64,000 nt of DNA from a virus (Duplodnaviria; Heunggongvirae; Uroviricota; Caudoviricetes). Positions 21,097 to 30,491 of this stretch are shown piece by piece; positions within the stretch are counted from its first letter, which is position 1, and each line of letters opens with the position of its first letter. The notes below the pieces were generated by a model that was given only the letters and a program-made list of their open reading frames with translations, ran no database searches and was not told the origin of the DNA. Where the stretch lies: IMG/VR virus record IMGVR_UViG_3300033463_000046. One strand, given 5' to 3'. Position numbers and translations under genes: made by a program.

Positions 21097-21171
21097 GGAC
21101 GCTTAGTTCAGCTGGTTCAGAATACTAGTCCTACAAACTAGAGATCGATGGTTCGAATCCATCAGTGTCCA
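21097..21171 (+). tRNA. tRNA, anticodon loop ccTACaa (Val-TAC by standard numbering; C33 atypical)
   Basis: Acceptor ggacgct/agtgtcc, D gttc-agctggttca-gaat, anticodon stem ctagt/actag, T-arm gatgg-ttcgaat-ccatc. Confidence 0.65.
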
Positions 21172-21187
21172 CTTAAACTCTCTCATT

Positions 21188-21469
21188 ATGAAAATATTCA
21201 TTTTAAAAGTTAAAAGAGAAATACTTAGAATGCAGTTAAAGTATCTTTACTTTAGGTTGCTAATAGCAAGAATATCTATTTATGGTTTTATACCAGGATG
21301 TATGAAATGCAACGTTAATCCAATAATGTTTGTGTTACTCTTACTAATGATTCCGGTATTTATTCTTGGAAGTATTCTCAAACCAGTTGCAATTCCTTGT
21401 TATGGTACAATCATAGCTATACTATTGCCGATTGTAGTTATGCAAGAAATATCCTCACATAAGAAATAG
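21188..21469 (+). CDS. small membrane protein
   Basis: 93-aa hydrophobic ORF. Confidence 0.45.
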   Translation: MKIFILKVKREILRMQLKYLYFRLLIARISIYGFIPGCMKCNVNPIMFVLLLLMIPVFILGSILKPVAIPCYGTIIAILLPIVVMQEISSHKK

Positions 21470-21663
21470 GGGTACTATTCTCAGGTACAATACTAGTTAG
21501 GTTCTTAGAGGACTGGCCAGGGCTTGTGTACGGCTTACTAGAGCAGTATGTGCACAAATAAATCCAACAGCTAACTTGGTTTACAATTATTAGAGACTTA
21601 CTTAGAGAGGCTGTTGATCTAAGAAGTCTCAGGTTTTAGATGACTCAGTATTAACTAATACTA

Positions 21664-21900
21664 TTGCTTATGATAGTTATTTATTTGAGTGGTAATCTTT
21701 TAGCCTTATATATGGCTTATAGGATAATACGCCATGAATGTGAATCTGACTTTCATACAAGAGTAGGAATGATTATTGGGATGGCATTCTTTTCTTGGAT
21801 AGCAGTATCTTTAATGCTTACACATTTAAAACTGCATTATAAGTGGGAAATGCAAAGAATGTTAGAAACAGCAATTAAAGAAAAAATTTTACTTCTATAG
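21664..21900 (+). CDS. small membrane protein
   Basis: 78-aa ORF with two TM-like segments. Confidence 0.45.
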   Translation: MLMIVIYLSGNLLALYMAYRIIRHECESDFHTRVGMIIGMAFFSWIAVSLMLTHLKLHYKWEMQRMLETAIKEKILLL

Positions 21901-21906
21901 TAAAGA

Positions 21907-21979
21907 CGGGGCGTGGCGCAGTAGATAGCGCGCGGCATTTGGGATGCTGAGGTCGCAGGTTTGAGCCCTGTCGCCCCGA
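21907..21979 (+). tRNA. tRNA-Pro (TGG)
   Basis: Acceptor cggggcg/cgccccg, D gcgc-agtagata-gcgc, anticodon arm cggca-ttTGGga-tgctg, T-loop tttgagc. Confidence 0.8.
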
Positions 21980-21996
21980 CAATATAAGCTTCTCAT

Positions 21997-22842
21997 TTGA
22001 GGAGCTTTTATTATTTTAGATTTATAGTTATGAAGATGAACACTCTTCTGGCAAAAGTTGATCATGCGTCAGCTTCTGCCGCAGCTATGGTCAAGGACTA
22101 TGCTGCGTTCTTCAAAACCAAGCAAGGAGCATTCCGTGGTGAGAAGAACACGTATTCCGCTGTTAACGGATACGACGAGCGCCCTGAGCGCAACACACAG
22201 ACTCGCGTACAGACAACTGTACAAGAGAAATTAGACTGGTTCGAAGAAAGATACATTCCGTATCTGAAAGAACTATTTAGCATCGAGTCTACTAATTCTG
22301 GAGATGCTTATAAGGTTGAGTTAGTTGTTGATGGAATCTCATTCGGTAAGCTGAGTGCTATCGAGTTGATGAGACTTCGAAACATCTTAACCAGTCGTGA
22401 ACTCAATACTATGTATGAGAACATTCCTGTTCGTAGTGATGCAAAGATCTATGAGAAATGTGATGATGCACAGTATGAAGGTCGAGAGATCTTCCAAACT
22501 CCTGTTCTTAAGTCAGACGAGAGAACAACTGAGAAGGAAGAAATTATCCTGAAGGATCCAAACATCGATCCTCAGCATATGCCTGCTAACTATCGTGCAC
22601 AGGTAACAGTCAAGAACAAGACTGTCAAGGTTGCTGAGACAACACATCAGGAGTTCACTGGTGAATGGACACAACGTAAACGTGCAGAACTCTTACGTCG
22701 TAAGAGTGCTATTCTTAATGCTATCACAGTTGCTTTGAAAGAAGTAAATGAGGTAGAGGCTAAGGAAGCAAATCTGAACGTTGATGCTCTTATTTCTTAC
22801 ATCCACTACGGTGGTCCAGGTAAGAACGTAAAGGTACAGTAA
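21997..22842 (+). CDS. hypothetical protein
   Basis: 281-aa ORF; the start could be the internal MKMNTLL. Confidence 0.55.
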   Translation: MRSFYYFRFIVMKMNTLLAKVDHASASAAAMVKDYAAFFKTKQGAFRGEKNTYSAVNGYDERPERNTQTRVQTTVQEKLDWFEERYIPYLKELFSIESTNSGDAYKVELVVDGISFGKLSAIELMRLRNILTSRELNTMYENIPVRSDAKIYEKCDDAQYEGREIFQTPVLKSDERTTEKEEIILKDPNIDPQHMPANYRAQVTVKNKTVKVAETTHQEFTGEWTQRKRAELLRRKSAILNAITVALKEVNEVEAKEANLNVDALISYIHYGGPGKNVKVQ

Positions 22843-23371
22843 CGAATCGACATATAGCTTTAGCTTTAAACACAACCTTCGGGTCTCAGCTTTATTTGGA
22901 TACTAGATATTTAGATTTAGCATTGTGTCGAAAAGCTTCAGCCTTGAGATTCTTATGTGGAAACCCAACATCTATTTTTTAAACCGTAAATTCGGGGGTT
23001 CGAATCCCCCATTCCCCTCACTTGTCCACGGGTCCGTCTAGTAATAGACAATGGGACATTGTAGTATCACACCGCCTCTGATACTACACGCAACCTAGTA
23101 GTGTGTGTTCTTTCTCATGCTTTGAGATATAAAGTACTAGGAAAGCTTGGAAGGAGAAGAGACGTAGCAGGTTAACTGGGAATGCAGTGCGTATAATGGC
23201 AAAGAGTGAAGGCATTCTAATCCTGAAGATAAGTCCATTAATATCCTGCCTCCTTCCTAAATGGGGAATTAGTTAAGTGGATTAAAACATACGGGAAATT
23301 TAGCTTAAAGATGTTGAACGGTAGAAGCAAACTGTCAGGCTCTCATTGCTAGGATATTTGATTGAGAGTCT

Positions 23372-23444
23372 GGGGGGTCTAGCTCAGTTGGTAGAGCGCA
23401 ACACAGTTAATGTTGAAGTCGGAGGTTCGATTCCTCCGACCTCC
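23372..23444 (+). tRNA. tRNA-Asn-like (GTT) with A33 instead of U33
   Basis: Acceptor gggggtc/gacctcc, D gctc-agttggta-gagc, anticodon arm caaca-caGTTaa-tgttg, T-arm ggagg-ttcgatt-cctcc. Confidence 0.65.
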
Positions 23445-23689
23445 GCTATTATTCCAGTCCGAACTCAGAGCGGACTTTAAAATCTACTGAGCGCACAATG
23501 AGCAAGTGGCGGACAGCTTACTTCGTTGAAGACTGGCGGTTCGGTCGGAGGCTCTTCGGAGTATCAGGGAGAGAAGTGGAATACCTCTCCCTTTCGATTG
23601 ATGTAATTTAGTATTTGATAAAGGAAGCCAAAACTATAAGTATTAACAATACGTTTATAAATTCTGAATTAAAGTTAAGGCTTCCATTT

Positions 23690-23810
23690 GAAGGGGTGGT
23701 GGAATGGTAGACACGTATGTAAGTTGGTGCATATCCTAGTTATTCGTTTGAATCCGTTCTATATTCTAGTTGTTAGAGCGTTGGTTGAGAGTTCGAGTCT
23801 CTCCCCCTTC
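23690..23810 (+). tRNA. atypical 121-nt tRNA-like locus: type II 5' half and canonical T-arm/acceptor separated by extra sequence
   Basis: 5' gaagggg-tg-gtg-gaatggtaga-cac is a Leu/Ser-like start. 3' gagag-ttcgagt-ctctc plus ccccttc is perfectly complementary to gaagggg. The middle about 60 nt does not fold as a standard anticodon or variable arm. Confidence 0.35.
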
Positions 23811-23816
23811 ACAAAT

Positions 23817-23891
23817 TGGACCGGTAGCGCAGGTGGTCAGTTCGCGCCAGACTGAAAATCTGGAGATCGTGGTTCAACTCCACGTCGGTCC
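23817..23891 (+). tRNA. tRNA-Phe (GAA)
   Basis: Acceptor ggaccgg/tcggtcc, anticodon arm ccaga-ctGAAaa-tctgg, T-arm cgtgg-ttcaact-ccacg. The D-loop is slightly long. Confidence 0.7.
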
Positions 23892-23894
23892 GCA

Positions 23895-24596
23895 ATGATT
23901 GACAAAATTGTTAAATATGTACAGGGTAAATTACCTGTAACTGTTACTGAATCAGTATCTACCAATAGTAAATACATTAAGTATTCTGATGGTGGAAAAC
24001 AAGTAAGAGTATCTGATCATTTCGGTAACATTAAGGACAATGTAGATGTAACAATCATTGTTCCTGAGAACCCAGGACAATTTATAGTTGTAATGGGATT
24101 TAAGACTTTTATTTATAGTTCTTTTCAAAAGGTTGCAGAGTTCATTGTTACATATTTAATACTTGAAGATAATGTTCTTGGTAAAGAATCAACTAAGATT
24201 AAAAATCAATCTCAAGTTATCTATGATATGCAGGTAAAGATTGATAATTTAACTTCTGAAAATGTCAAACTTAAAAAGTTAAATGATCAATTACAGGCAT
24301 TAAATAAGAACTTAGCGAGCAACAATAAAGAATTAGAGCTTAGAAAGAAAGTTGAGCGTCAAGCTGCTGAAATTCAAATCTTGAATGAAAAGCAGGCTGA
24401 ATCCAAAAAGTTAATTAAGCAGAAAGATGATGCTATTAAAGAAGCTGCTGATTTACTTGAGGATCTCTCAACAAATCCAGAGTTACGAGAAATGTTATAT
24501 GATCGTAATTCAGGTAAGAAGTATTACATAGATAACTTTTCGGAAGAGATGCAAGATGTTGTTAAAGAATTAATTGCAAATTATTATAGCAAATGA
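23895..24596 (+). CDS. coiled-coil protein, hypothetical
   Basis: 233 aa; the C-terminal half is rich in heptad-like K/E/L. Confidence 0.55.
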   Translation: MIDKIVKYVQGKLPVTVTESVSTNSKYIKYSDGGKQVRVSDHFGNIKDNVDVTIIVPENPGQFIVVMGFKTFIYSSFQKVAEFIVTYLILEDNVLGKESTKIKNQSQVIYDMQVKIDNLTSENVKLKKLNDQLQALNKNLASNNKELELRKKVERQAAEIQILNEKQAESKKLIKQKDDAIKEAADLLEDLSTNPELREMLYDRNSGKKYYIDNFSEEMQDVVKELIANYYSK

Positions 24597-24811
24597 CAGT
24601 CAATGCGGTTAATGTAATACTTGAAAAGGCCTGGGAGATGAAGTCTCAGGCCTTAATATTTACAGACAAATTGTTTGCTATTTGGCCAAAAGACTATGAT
24701 TGGAAGGTATATGACAATTTGAAAATATTATGTATATTTGACAAAACCTCTAAAGCAGAATCATATTTGGATACAGATAGTATCAGAAAAATTGTAATAA
24801 AAGATGAGTAA
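24593..24811 (+). CDS. hypothetical small protein
   Basis: 72 aa; ATGA overlap with the upstream gene. Confidence 0.45.
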   Translation: MTVNAVNVILEKAWEMKSQALIFTDKLFAIWPKDYDWKVYDNLKILCIFDKTSKAESYLDTDSIRKIVIKDE

Positions 24812-26012
24812 CATTCATTGGTTAAAAACCAACAACACTTTTCGAAAGGTTGAAGGAGATTTCAGTACCATTGACTCAGTTCCAGTAGGTATTTATAATA
24901 TTGGATTGAGTATGACAGGTTGGTATCTGGAAAAGTACGCAGACAAATTCACTTTCGATTACAAAATGTACGGATTACAGACAGAGTTCTGTAAGCACGT
25001 ACTGAAGACTTATCACAACACTATTGGTAACTTTGGTATTATGTTAACTGGTACTAAAGGAACTGGTAAAACTGTAACAGCTAAAACTTTAGCAAATGAT
25101 TTTAATCTTCCAGTAATTATTGTCAAGGATATGGGAGATTCTAATCAAAGCATGATTGAGTTCCTGAGTGGATTCAATTTTGATTGTGTTTTATTCCTTG
25201 ACGAGTTTGAGAAGAATTTCTCTGATAAAGATTCTACTATCTTACAAATAATGGATGGTGTCTACAACATTGGTTATCGCAAGATATTCTTGTTAACAAC
25301 TAATGAGATGACAGTAAATGAGAATCTTATTGGTAGACCATCTCGTATTCGTTATGTAAAGAGATTCGGAAACTTGGACATCAAGACTGTTGAAGATTAT
25401 CTTAATGATGAACTTCAAGTTCCAGAGGCTCGTCAAGAGCTTATTGATTTCATTGATACCTTAACTATATCTACTATAGATATTCTTAAGACTATTGTCA
25501 ATGAGGTTAATATCCATGGAATGGCTGGTCTTCTTAAGGCTAAGGAATTCTTTAATGTTAGCACTCTTGAGTTTAACTATTCATGTGTTCGTGGATATGT
25601 TGAGGAAGGAGAAATGATGAATGAGCCTGACAAATATAACATGAAGAATTTCTTAAAGGATGTTGAGAAGTATGAGAATCCTATTTGGGAACCTGGTTTC
25701 TATCGTAGTACTCCGAAGGAACAGTGGACACAATCTCAACAGAAGGAATTTGATGAATGGCAAGAGAATCGTAGAAAGACCTTCAATGGTGTTCAACGTA
25801 TGAATTGTCATGCTAACTGTCGTTTTAACCATCTTAAGGTTGGAGGAGAATTTGATGGAGAAGAAATTGTGATTATTGATATTAAGAAGAATGTTGTTGT
25901 AACTCGTTATGATGACTACTTCTATTGGTATTACATTTCTAATCCTGCTAAGAAACCTTCATTATATGGTGGAGGATCAAGTGAAGACTTTGTAAGATTC
26001 TTAGACTATTAA
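24804..26012 (+). CDS. AAA+ family ATPase
   Basis: Walker A GIMLTGTKGTGKT and Walker B VLFLDEFEK. Confidence 0.7.
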   Translation: MSNIHWLKTNNTFRKVEGDFSTIDSVPVGIYNIGLSMTGWYLEKYADKFTFDYKMYGLQTEFCKHVLKTYHNTIGNFGIMLTGTKGTGKTVTAKTLANDFNLPVIIVKDMGDSNQSMIEFLSGFNFDCVLFLDEFEKNFSDKDSTILQIMDGVYNIGYRKIFLLTTNEMTVNENLIGRPSRIRYVKRFGNLDIKTVEDYLNDELQVPEARQELIDFIDTLTISTIDILKTIVNEVNIHGMAGLLKAKEFFNVSTLEFNYSCVRGYVEEGEMMNEPDKYNMKNFLKDVEKYENPIWEPGFYRSTPKEQWTQSQQKEFDEWQENRRKTFNGVQRMNCHANCRFNHLKVGGEFDGEEIVIIDIKKNVVVTRYDDYFYWYYISNPAKKPSLYGGGSSEDFVRFLDY

Positions 26013-26019
26013 AAATATA

Positions 26020-26490
26020 GAAGAGGGGATGTAGGCTTGAAAGCAGCCATCATCTAAGGAGTTCCGAGTGGAGAGCGTGGGTAAATACCCTTGAACCTGT
26101 AAGACTAGTATGCAGGGAAGATCGCTAAGTGCACCAGGAAGTAGTAGTGTGAGATGTCCTGGGAAACCACACGGATTTGAAGCGCGGATTTCAGCGAGTA
26201 ACCTTCCTCAAGTCTTTGGCAGCATAGCTGCCAAAGCAAGGCTGAAATGCTGAGGGTTCCGAGGTGGCTCAATGTATTATCTATGTTGTCGGAGATTGTT
26301 TATGTGTTAGGCCCGAAAGTACAGGCGGAACCTGGGCTTAAAAGAAAACACTACGTGATAGTGTATGGGAGTATACTCTGAAAGAAGCGGTATATGCTCG
26401 TCAGTTACTGCGAATCACCTCTGTCTGACACTCAATGCACATAAGCGCCGTTGGAGGATTAGGCGTAAAAGCACACCCTCTTCTTTTTAA
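26020..26490 (+). ncRNA. candidate structured ncRNA (about 470 nt) closed by a 9-bp terminal helix
   Basis: 5' gaagaggg (about 26024) pairs with 3' ccctcttc (about 26480) then ttttt. Internal perfect hairpins include ctttggcagc-atag-ctgccaaag. No ORF; GC-rich relative to the flanks. Confidence 0.35.
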
Positions 26491-26495
26491 TTATT

Positions 26496-26873
26496 ATGAA
26501 TTACCGTGATTTTCATCCAGGTGATATAGCTCTTGTATACGGTAGTCCTAAACGAATTGAACGTGTAGATAGAACACACGTTGCTACAAGAGCTGATAAT
26601 GATAATTTAGAACTGTGGGCATATTCTGAAGATCTACGACCTATAATCCACTCTGATAAGCTTTGGCTATTAGATTTGGGTTTTGCATACAAGGACGATT
26701 ATTATATCTATGATGTTAACGACAGGTACGTTGTTTATTGGAAACCAATTAACTGCATTGTAGAAGATCGTGAGGATACACATCCATATCGCAAAAGGTG
26801 TAGAACATTAGGAGATGTCCAACAGTTCTTTTATCAAATTGCTAATTTTGAATTACCATTACATGATAGCTGA
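26496..26873 (+). CDS. hypothetical protein
   Basis: 125-aa ORF. Confidence 0.5.
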   Translation: MNYRDFHPGDIALVYGSPKRIERVDRTHVATRADNDNLELWAYSEDLRPIIHSDKLWLLDLGFAYKDDYYIYDVNDRYVVYWKPINCIVEDREDTHPYRKRCRTLGDVQQFFYQIANFELPLHDS

Positions 26874-27159
26874 TCTTCTTACGATTCCAGAAGAAGTATA
26901 TCAATTTTCTGGAAAGAATAAACCGTGTGAAATAACAGATATTGATCTTCTTGATTATCTTTATGAAGTGCAATCTATGGAATTGCGTCCCAGAATATAT
27001 AGAGGTGATTATGGAGAAAGATTATGGTGTGTAGAAATCTATGACTGGTCTAAGAAGTTTGATAATCATATTAAAACTTTAGTAGGATATGTAACTAGGA
27101 AAGATGCTGTACACTATGCATTGTTATGGTATTTTGAAAGCTCTGTTAAAGAAAGTTAA
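26815..27159 (+). CDS. hypothetical protein
   Basis: 114-aa ORF, frame-shifted overlap with the previous ORF. Confidence 0.45.
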   Translation: MSNSSFIKLLILNYHYMIADLLTIPEEVYQFSGKNKPCEITDIDLLDYLYEVQSMELRPRIYRGDYGERLWCVEIYDWSKKFDNHIKTLVGYVTRKDAVHYALLWYFESSVKES

Positions 27160-27417
27160 AAATCTTGTCTTTTATATACTTAGCTGAGTAGTATAGACTT
27201 ACAACTTGGCAAGGTAGCGAAAAAGGGTTTATAGTAGCGTCCACAAACCAGAAACCCTGAGCCTCGTAAGTACAATTCAGTACGGAAGAGAGCAACAGTC
27301 CATTGGGTAATTCCATAGGAGTGCTGTTAGGTGGACATTTTTAAGACCAATTGATGGTAATTAACAATATAGTAAAGCTCGTAGAACTCTCGTCTGTGAA
27401 GATATAGAGTTCTTATT

Positions 27418-27491
27418 GGGGTCATAGCTCAGTTGACTAGAGCACCTCGTTTGCACCGAGGAGGTCGTGGGTTTGAGTCCCACTGGCTCCA
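27418..27491 (+). tRNA. tRNA-Ala (TGC)
   Basis: Acceptor ggggtca/tggctcc including G3-U70, D gctc-agttgacta-gagc, anticodon arm cctcg-ttTGCac-cgagg, T-loop tttgagt. Confidence 0.8.
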
Positions 27492-27511
27492 CATATCGTT
27501 AATCTATAGAT

Positions 27512-28600
27512 ATGACATTACAAGAAGAGAACGAAAAACTTAGAGAAAAACTAAGTGAGTATGAAGATTTACTGCTAAAAATGATGGAAGGACCGTATTC
27601 AAGTGGTACGATCATTTCAAAAACTGCTCTTAGTATGTATAGAGTAGCAACAGATGCAGGCACAGAAGTAATTATTACTGCACATCCTGAGATTAAAAGG
27701 AGTGACCTCAAAGAAGGGTGCAGAGTAATTATTAACACTAAGATGATTACAAATGTTCTTCCTGTAGAATTAGAAAAGACACCAGAAGAAGTTAAATTTG
27801 ATTTTATTGATTGGAGTCAAATTGCTGGTGTTAGGTCGCAGGTTGAACGAATTAAAGAAGCTGTCAATGCTCCATTACTATTCGGAAAGTATTACAAAGA
27901 ATATGGATTATCTCCATGTAAAGGTATTCTTTTGTATGGACCTCCGGGTTGTGGTAAAACTCTTATTGCAAGAGCAATTGCTACTAACTTCTTAAGAGGT
28001 AAGAACATTACTAAAGATTCTTTCATTTATATGAAAGGAGGAGAAATGTTAAGTCCATATGTAGGTGTTGCTGAAAATAATATTAAATCAGTGTTTACAA
28101 GGGCGAGACGTAATTTTGAGAAGAGTGGTAATAAGTCTGTTATCTTTATTGATGAAGCTGAAGCATTATTACCTGCAAGAGGTTCACGCAGAAGTTCAGA
28201 TGTAGAGACAACAATTGTTCCAACTTTCCTTTCTGAGATGGATGGATTTGAAGACAGCAGTACCTTTGTTATACTAGCAACTAATTACCCAGGACAAATT
28301 GATCCAGCTGTAATAAGACCAGGTAGAATTGATCTCCGAATAGAGATTGGTAGGCCTAATGTCGAGGATGCAGAAGAAATATTTGATCTTTATTTAAATA
28401 AAACCAAATGTGGAACTAACAAGTTAGCTCAGATGGCTGCTAAAAGACTATTTAAGTCTGATGTGGCTAAGAATGTATCAGGAGCACTTATTAAGAATGT
28501 TGTGGATAGAGCCACATTATCAGCAGTTAAACGTGCTGTAAATGGTGACAATAGTGGAGTAAACGAGAAAGACATAATCGTAGCAATAGAAGAGTTATGA
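27512..28600 (+). CDS. AAA ATPase (classical AAA domain, CDC48/FtsH-like)
   Basis: GILLYGPPGCGKTLIARAIA, Walker B VIFIDEAEAL, second region ATNYPGQIDPAVIRPGRIDLRIEIGRPN. Confidence 0.8.
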   Translation: MTLQEENEKLREKLSEYEDLLLKMMEGPYSSGTIISKTALSMYRVATDAGTEVIITAHPEIKRSDLKEGCRVIINTKMITNVLPVELEKTPEEVKFDFIDWSQIAGVRSQVERIKEAVNAPLLFGKYYKEYGLSPCKGILLYGPPGCGKTLIARAIATNFLRGKNITKDSFIYMKGGEMLSPYVGVAENNIKSVFTRARRNFEKSGNKSVIFIDEAEALLPARGSRRSSDVETTIVPTFLSEMDGFEDSSTFVILATNYPGQIDPAVIRPGRIDLRIEIGRPNVEDAEEIFDLYLNKTKCGTNKLAQMAAKRLFKSDVAKNVSGALIKNVVDRATLSAVKRAVNGDNSGVNEKDIIVAIEEL

Positions 28601-28863
28601 AGCAAGACAAATTAAAAGCAGCTACACTTCAGCAAACTAGAGAGGAAGATCTTAAATCCGAGTTTGAAGCAATTAAAAACAAGGATGTTGAGAAAGCAAC
28701 AACTAAGATTGTTAATATTAAAATCAGAGTAGGATGTGGCTGTGGAGGTTCTTATGACAGATATCATGTAGAAGTTCCAATTGATTCTGAAATTGAAGAC
28801 GGAGACTACTTTGATGGCTTTGAAGATTGGATGGATAATATTGAGGATGGATGGGTTTATTAG
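28597..28863 (+). CDS. hypothetical protein with CxC-rich segment
   Basis: 88 aa; ATGA overlap with the upstream gene. Confidence 0.45.
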   Translation: MKQDKLKAATLQQTREEDLKSEFEAIKNKDVEKATTKIVNIKIRVGCGCGGSYDRYHVEVPIDSEIEDGDYFDGFEDWMDNIEDGWVY

Positions 28864-29225
28864 AGTATTTAATATTGGTGGCATTATGTGCTGCTAGTAT
28901 TAGTTACACTATCAGCTACACCTCAATATTTCTTGGTTTTAGAGAATGGATTTCAAAGTTCCATCATAAGTTAGAAGAACTTATCCATTGTCCTTATTGT
29001 TTGAGTCATTACATAATACTTACAATAATGTTTACTACTAAGGATATTAGTAGTAAATTAGTACCAATAACAGATTTTATTATATATAATTTCTTATTTA
29101 CTTGGTTTTGTATTGTATGTATTACTAGTCTTTTACACTGCATAATGCTTATAGCATATCGTCCTATTATGCAATATATGGCTGATAGGAAAATTGCTAA
29201 AATCAAATTTAAAAAGGGGAAATAA
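28851..29225 (+). CDS. membrane protein
   Basis: 124 aa with multiple TM segments. Confidence 0.5.
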   Translation: MGLLEYLILVALCAASISYTISYTSIFLGFREWISKFHHKLEELIHCPYCLSHYIILTIMFTTKDISSKLVPITDFIIYNFLFTWFCIVCITSLLHCIMLIAYRPIMQYMADRKIAKIKFKKGK

Positions 29226-29238
29226 TTTTCCCCTAAAT

Positions 29239-29312
29239 GCGCCGGTAGTTCAGTAGGTTAGAATGGTGGTCTCCAAAACCATTGGTCGTGGGTTCGAATC
29301 CTTCCCGGCGTG
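29239..29312 (+). tRNA. tRNA-Trp (CCA)
   Basis: Acceptor gcgccgg/ccggcgt, D gttc-agtaggtta-gaat, anticodon arm gtggt-ctCCAaa-accat, T-arm gtggg-ttcgaat-ccttc. Confidence 0.75.
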
Positions 29313-29351
29313 CTACGCTTCTGCCTAAGAAGCGCGTACGAGAGTTTTTGA

Positions 29352-29385
29352 TAGTGCTTGCTCGTGAGAGTAGGCACTAGTTTTT
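29352..29385 (+). terminator. intrinsic terminator
   Basis: tagtgc-ttgctcgtgagagtag-gcacta followed by gttttt. A second hairpin cgcttc/gaagcg lies upstream at 29316-29337. Confidence 0.5.
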
Positions 29386-29405
29386 GAAAAAATTAATAAC
29401 AAGAT

Positions 29406-29699
29406 ATGGATAGTAGCCGTTTGAGAGGATTCTTAAAAGTACATGTATTTAAAGGATCTTTTTCTTTAAGAAAAGTTTCCGATGATGGAAATTTAAAAGT
29501 GTTTAGATCAGGTAGTATAATAGCAGCATGTTCCAGCGATACAGAAGTATCTAGAAAAGCTGTATTAGACTACGCTTTATCTGTAAGAGATAGTTTGTAC
29601 GCTCCTTATTTATTCCAAGGATTATCTGAGGAAGAGACATTGAAGATGATTGAGAGAAGAATCTTTAATATTAAGGAGGGCGGTGCATACTTTCTTTAA
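29406..29699 (+). CDS. hypothetical protein
   Basis: 97-aa ORF. Confidence 0.5.
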   Translation: MDSSRLRGFLKVHVFKGSFSLRKVSDDGNLKVFRSGSIIAACSSDTEVSRKAVLDYALSVRDSLYAPYLFQGLSEEETLKMIERRIFNIKEGGAYFL

Positions 29700-29837
29700 A
29701 AATCTATTCCGAACCAGTTGGCATTACGACGGTGGACCACAAGGAGAAGGACGTACGCTTCAGGCTTGTTGAATGCTGGTGTAAAGAGCCTCCAGTACTT
29801 ATGTATAATGCAACTTACTGTACAGGGTTCGGAATTT

Positions 29838-29912
29838 GGGGAGAAAGCTTAAGTGGTATACAGCAGAGGCCTGTTAAGCCTAAGATAGTGGGTTCGAATC
29901 CCTCTCTCCCCG
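29838..29912 (+). tRNA. tRNA-Asn (GTT)
   Basis: Acceptor ggggaga/tctcccc, anticodon arm gaggc-ctGTTaa-gcct, T-arm gtggg-ttcgaat-ccctc, 3-bp D-stem. Confidence 0.7.
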
Positions 29913-30164
29913 CTTTCTCCGTCCAAGTGGTGGGACGTATAAATAACACCATTCGTTCAGGCACCAACTGGGTACCACAGACTGCCGCACTAACGACATG
30001 AGTGCTGAAATGTTAACCACGTTCTAAAGAAGCATAAGATGTGGGTATGTGACTAGAGCAGAAACTCTAGCAGAACTGTTTGAAGAGGCACACGAATCGA
30101 CAGCGAATAGGACATGTGCTACCGTTACGATGAGAATAAGTTGACGGATGTTAGTGTCCTTTAT

Positions 30165-30236
30165 GGCTCTTTAGCTCAGTGGTAGAGCATCGCGCTGTTA
30201 ACGCGACGGTCGTCAGTTCGATCCTGACAGGGGCCT
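30165..30236 (+). tRNA. tRNA-Asn (GTT)
   Basis: Acceptor ggctctt/aggggcc with GU pairs, D gctc-agtggta-gagc, anticodon arm tcgcg-ctGTTaa-cgcga, T-arm gtcag-ttcgatc-ctgac. Confidence 0.8.
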
Positions 30237-30251
30237 CAACATTTATTAATT

Positions 30252-30491
30252 ATGAAGCAAATGACTGTACTTGCAAGAAAAATGACTGACTTGGAGAAGA
30301 GCAGACTTCGTAAATTTAAGAAGAATCATAAAGGTGCTAAAGCTTATTATTCTACAGACTATTCGTTAGGTGTAGGATATGATATTATAGCATCTACGCT
30401 CGATCTAACTCAAGAAAGAAATCGTCTCCTTATAGACGAAAGTAACAGTAAGTTTATTACTGATGAAGAAAACGAATTAAAGAATTTTTAA
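30252..30491 (+). CDS. hypothetical small protein
   Basis: 79-aa ORF. Confidence 0.45.
   Translation: MKQMTVLARKMTDLEKSRLRKFKKNHKGAKAYYSTDYSLGVGYDIIASTLDLTQERNRLLIDESNSKFITDEENELKNF

Noticed and set aside
29732-30001. ORF 29732-30001 (89 aa)
   Set aside because: It overlaps the canonical tRNA-Asn gene at 29838-29912 and has GC-rich non-phage composition. It is probably a chance frame through structured RNA.
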